NCBI GenBank assembly: GCA_044869275.1
Contig: JBIOXB010000224.1
Span: forward strand, 1-24,482
Direction: 5' to 3'
Source: a bacterium
GTDB lineage: Bacteria; Zhuqueibacterota; Zhuqueibacteria; Zhuqueibacterales; Zhuqueibacteraceae
Length of the DNA: 24,482 nucleotides
Shown here: positions 23,177-24,482 of the stretch, piece by piece
Layout: the number at the start of each line of letters is the position of its first letter
Numbering within the stretch: the stretch's first letter is position 1
Program-made: the position numbers and the translations under genes
Notes under the pieces: model-generated
Databases searched by the model: none
What the model was told of the DNA's origin: nothing
The model's input: only the letters and a program-made list of their open reading frames with translations

Positions 23177-24424
23177 ATGCCTGAAAGCTTATGTATTTTC
23201 GAAGACGAACATTTCAATCGCCTCTATCCACTTACCCTCACCCGCCCGGTTTTCGAGCTGCGCTGCGGCATTTCCCTGCTGCGCGAAAAGATTGCACGGC
23301 GATTTCCCAACGCGCGTCTGCATCTGTTTTGCCGCAATTATCTTGCCGCCATGCTGCGCGAAGCGCTGCCTGAAGCGCACGTGAATGAAATGCCCGCTGC
23401 GGCTTGCTGGTTCATCAATGGCCGGTTTATTCTGGGCGAAAATCTCCCGGCGTTGGAGGGCCGGGAAATGGTCTGGGAGAAAGACGGCGAAGTCGCGGCA
23501 GCGTGGGTGAACGTCGCGCTTCATTCTTGGCGCTCGCACCAGGACGGCGTCATCCCCGCCTCCTTCTTCGACGATTTGCCCGTCGCCAAAGTCGAGGGTA
23601 CGTTCATCCGTTATCCCTGGGACTTGGTGCAACACAATCCCGCGCAGATCAAGAGTGATTTTGCTTTCTTCCAGCACGGCGGGCAGATATTGGGAAAGCG
23701 TTATCCGAATGCGACGCTGCTCGAAGAGCAGAATATTTACGTGGCTGCCGGAGCGAAGATCAAACCCGGCGTGGTGCTCGATGCCGAAGACGGCCCGATC
23801 TTCATCGAGGAGGGGGCGACGATCATGGCCAATGCCGCTCTGCAAGGTCCGCTGTTTGTGGGTGCGCATTCCACGATCAAAATGGGCGCGAAAATTTATG
23901 CCGGCACTTCCATTGGCCCGGTATGCAAAGTCGGCGGCGAAGTGGAAGACTCCATCATTCATGCGCATAGCAACAAGCAGCACGAAGGTTTTCTCGGCCA
24001 CGCTTATTTGGGCGAATGGGTGAATCTCGGCGCGGATTCCAACAACAGCGATCTCAAGAACAACTACAGTGCCGTGAAGGTTTATATCGCAGGGCAATGG
24101 ATTGACAGCGGCTCCATGTTCGTGGGCTTGTTCATGGGCGATCACGCCAAATGTGGCATCAACACCATGTTCAACACTGGCACAGTTGCCGGGGTGATGA
24201 GCAATATTTTTGGCGCGGGCTATCCGGATAAATTCGTTCCCTCGTTCTCCTGGGGTGGGGTGGAATCCTTGGAAGCGTATGCCCTCCACAAAGCATTGGA
24301 AACTGCTCGCCGCGTGATGGGCCGCCGGAAGCAGGAGCTGACGCCGGCACAGGAGAGCGTTTTGCGCTATGTTTTTGAATTGACGGAAAGCGAGCGCATC
24401 GTTGCCGGTGGACGGGAAGGATGA
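23177..24424 (+). CDS. Alternative GlmU-like protein (sugar nucleotidyltransferase-like N-domain + hexapeptide left-handed beta-helix), 415 aa
   Basis: AGGAG SD 23162-23166. 'LYPLTLTRPVFELRCGI', 'YPWDL', hexapeptide repeats, 'CKVGGEVEDS', 'SNKQHEGFLGHAYLGEWVNLGADSNNSDLKNNY', 'GDHAKCGINTMFNTG'. Confidence 0.9.
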   Translation: MPESLCIFEDEHFNRLYPLTLTRPVFELRCGISLLREKIARRFPNARLHLFCRNYLAAMLREALPEAHVNEMPAAACWFINGRFILGENLPALEGREMVWEKDGEVAAAWVNVALHSWRSHQDGVIPASFFDDLPVAKVEGTFIRYPWDLVQHNPAQIKSDFAFFQHGGQILGKRYPNATLLEEQNIYVAAGAKIKPGVVLDAEDGPIFIEEGATIMANAALQGPLFVGAHSTIKMGAKIYAGTSIGPVCKVGGEVEDSIIHAHSNKQHEGFLGHAYLGEWVNLGADSNNSDLKNNYSAVKVYIAGQWIDSGSMFVGLFMGDHAKCGINTMFNTGTVAGVMSNIFGAGYPDKFVPSFSWGGVESLEAYALHKALETARRVMGRRKQELTPAQESVLRYVFELTESERIVAGGREG

Positions 24425-24465
24425 TTTCCAGACCTATGGGAATTTTGGAATCAAAATTCTTTACA
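24421..24465 (+). CDS. Possible start of the next operon gene, cut off by the contig end
   Basis: ATG 24421 overlaps the glmU-like stop (ATGA) and the frame is open (MISRPMGILESKFFT) up to the adapter. Too short to assign a function. Confidence 0.35.
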
Positions 24466-24482
24466 AGATCGGAAGAGCACAC
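24466..24482 (+). other. Illumina TruSeq adapter contamination (non-biological)
   Basis: The terminal 17 nt AGATCGGAAGAGCACAC are identical to the start of the TruSeq read-1 adapter. Confidence 0.97.

Noticed and set aside
24171..24482. 103-aa minus-strand ORF at the window end
   Set aside because: It starts in the adapter sequence and is antisense to the GlmU-like gene.

Overview
Bacterial chromosomal window, probably the end of a metagenome-assembled contig: the last 17 nt are an Illumina TruSeq adapter. Two proteins end in FlgD-Ig/T9SS-type domains ('YPNPF'), which suggests an FCB-associated lineage such as KSB1 or Calditrichota-like bacteria (inference). The left end holds a partial GNAT-like ORF, a truncated ICMT-family gene, a hypothetical gene, a stand-alone AraC HTH gene, a secreted C-type lectin/LamG protein and a beta-helix lipoprotein. 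A minus-strand block follows: purple acid phosphatase, Amidase_3, a GYF_2-MinD/FlhG-Cys4 fusion ATPase and a groES with no adjacent groEL. Next is a tightly coupled, possibly leaderless operon: ParB-like, SPL-like radical SAM, ktrB, ktrA, 5'-deoxyadenosine-deaminase-like and yjjX. After it come a SAM methyltransferase, a patatin-POTRA-Omp85 protein, and a bioY, GlcNAc/MurNAc kinase, anmK, alternative GlmU cluster. Five unrelated short degenerate tandem-repeat tracts sit at gene boundaries, four of them with inverted arms. The best candidate for an undescribed system is the ParB-like + non-canonical SPL-like pair with its co-operonic deaminase and ITP/XTPase. All protein calls come from motif recognition, not database searches.
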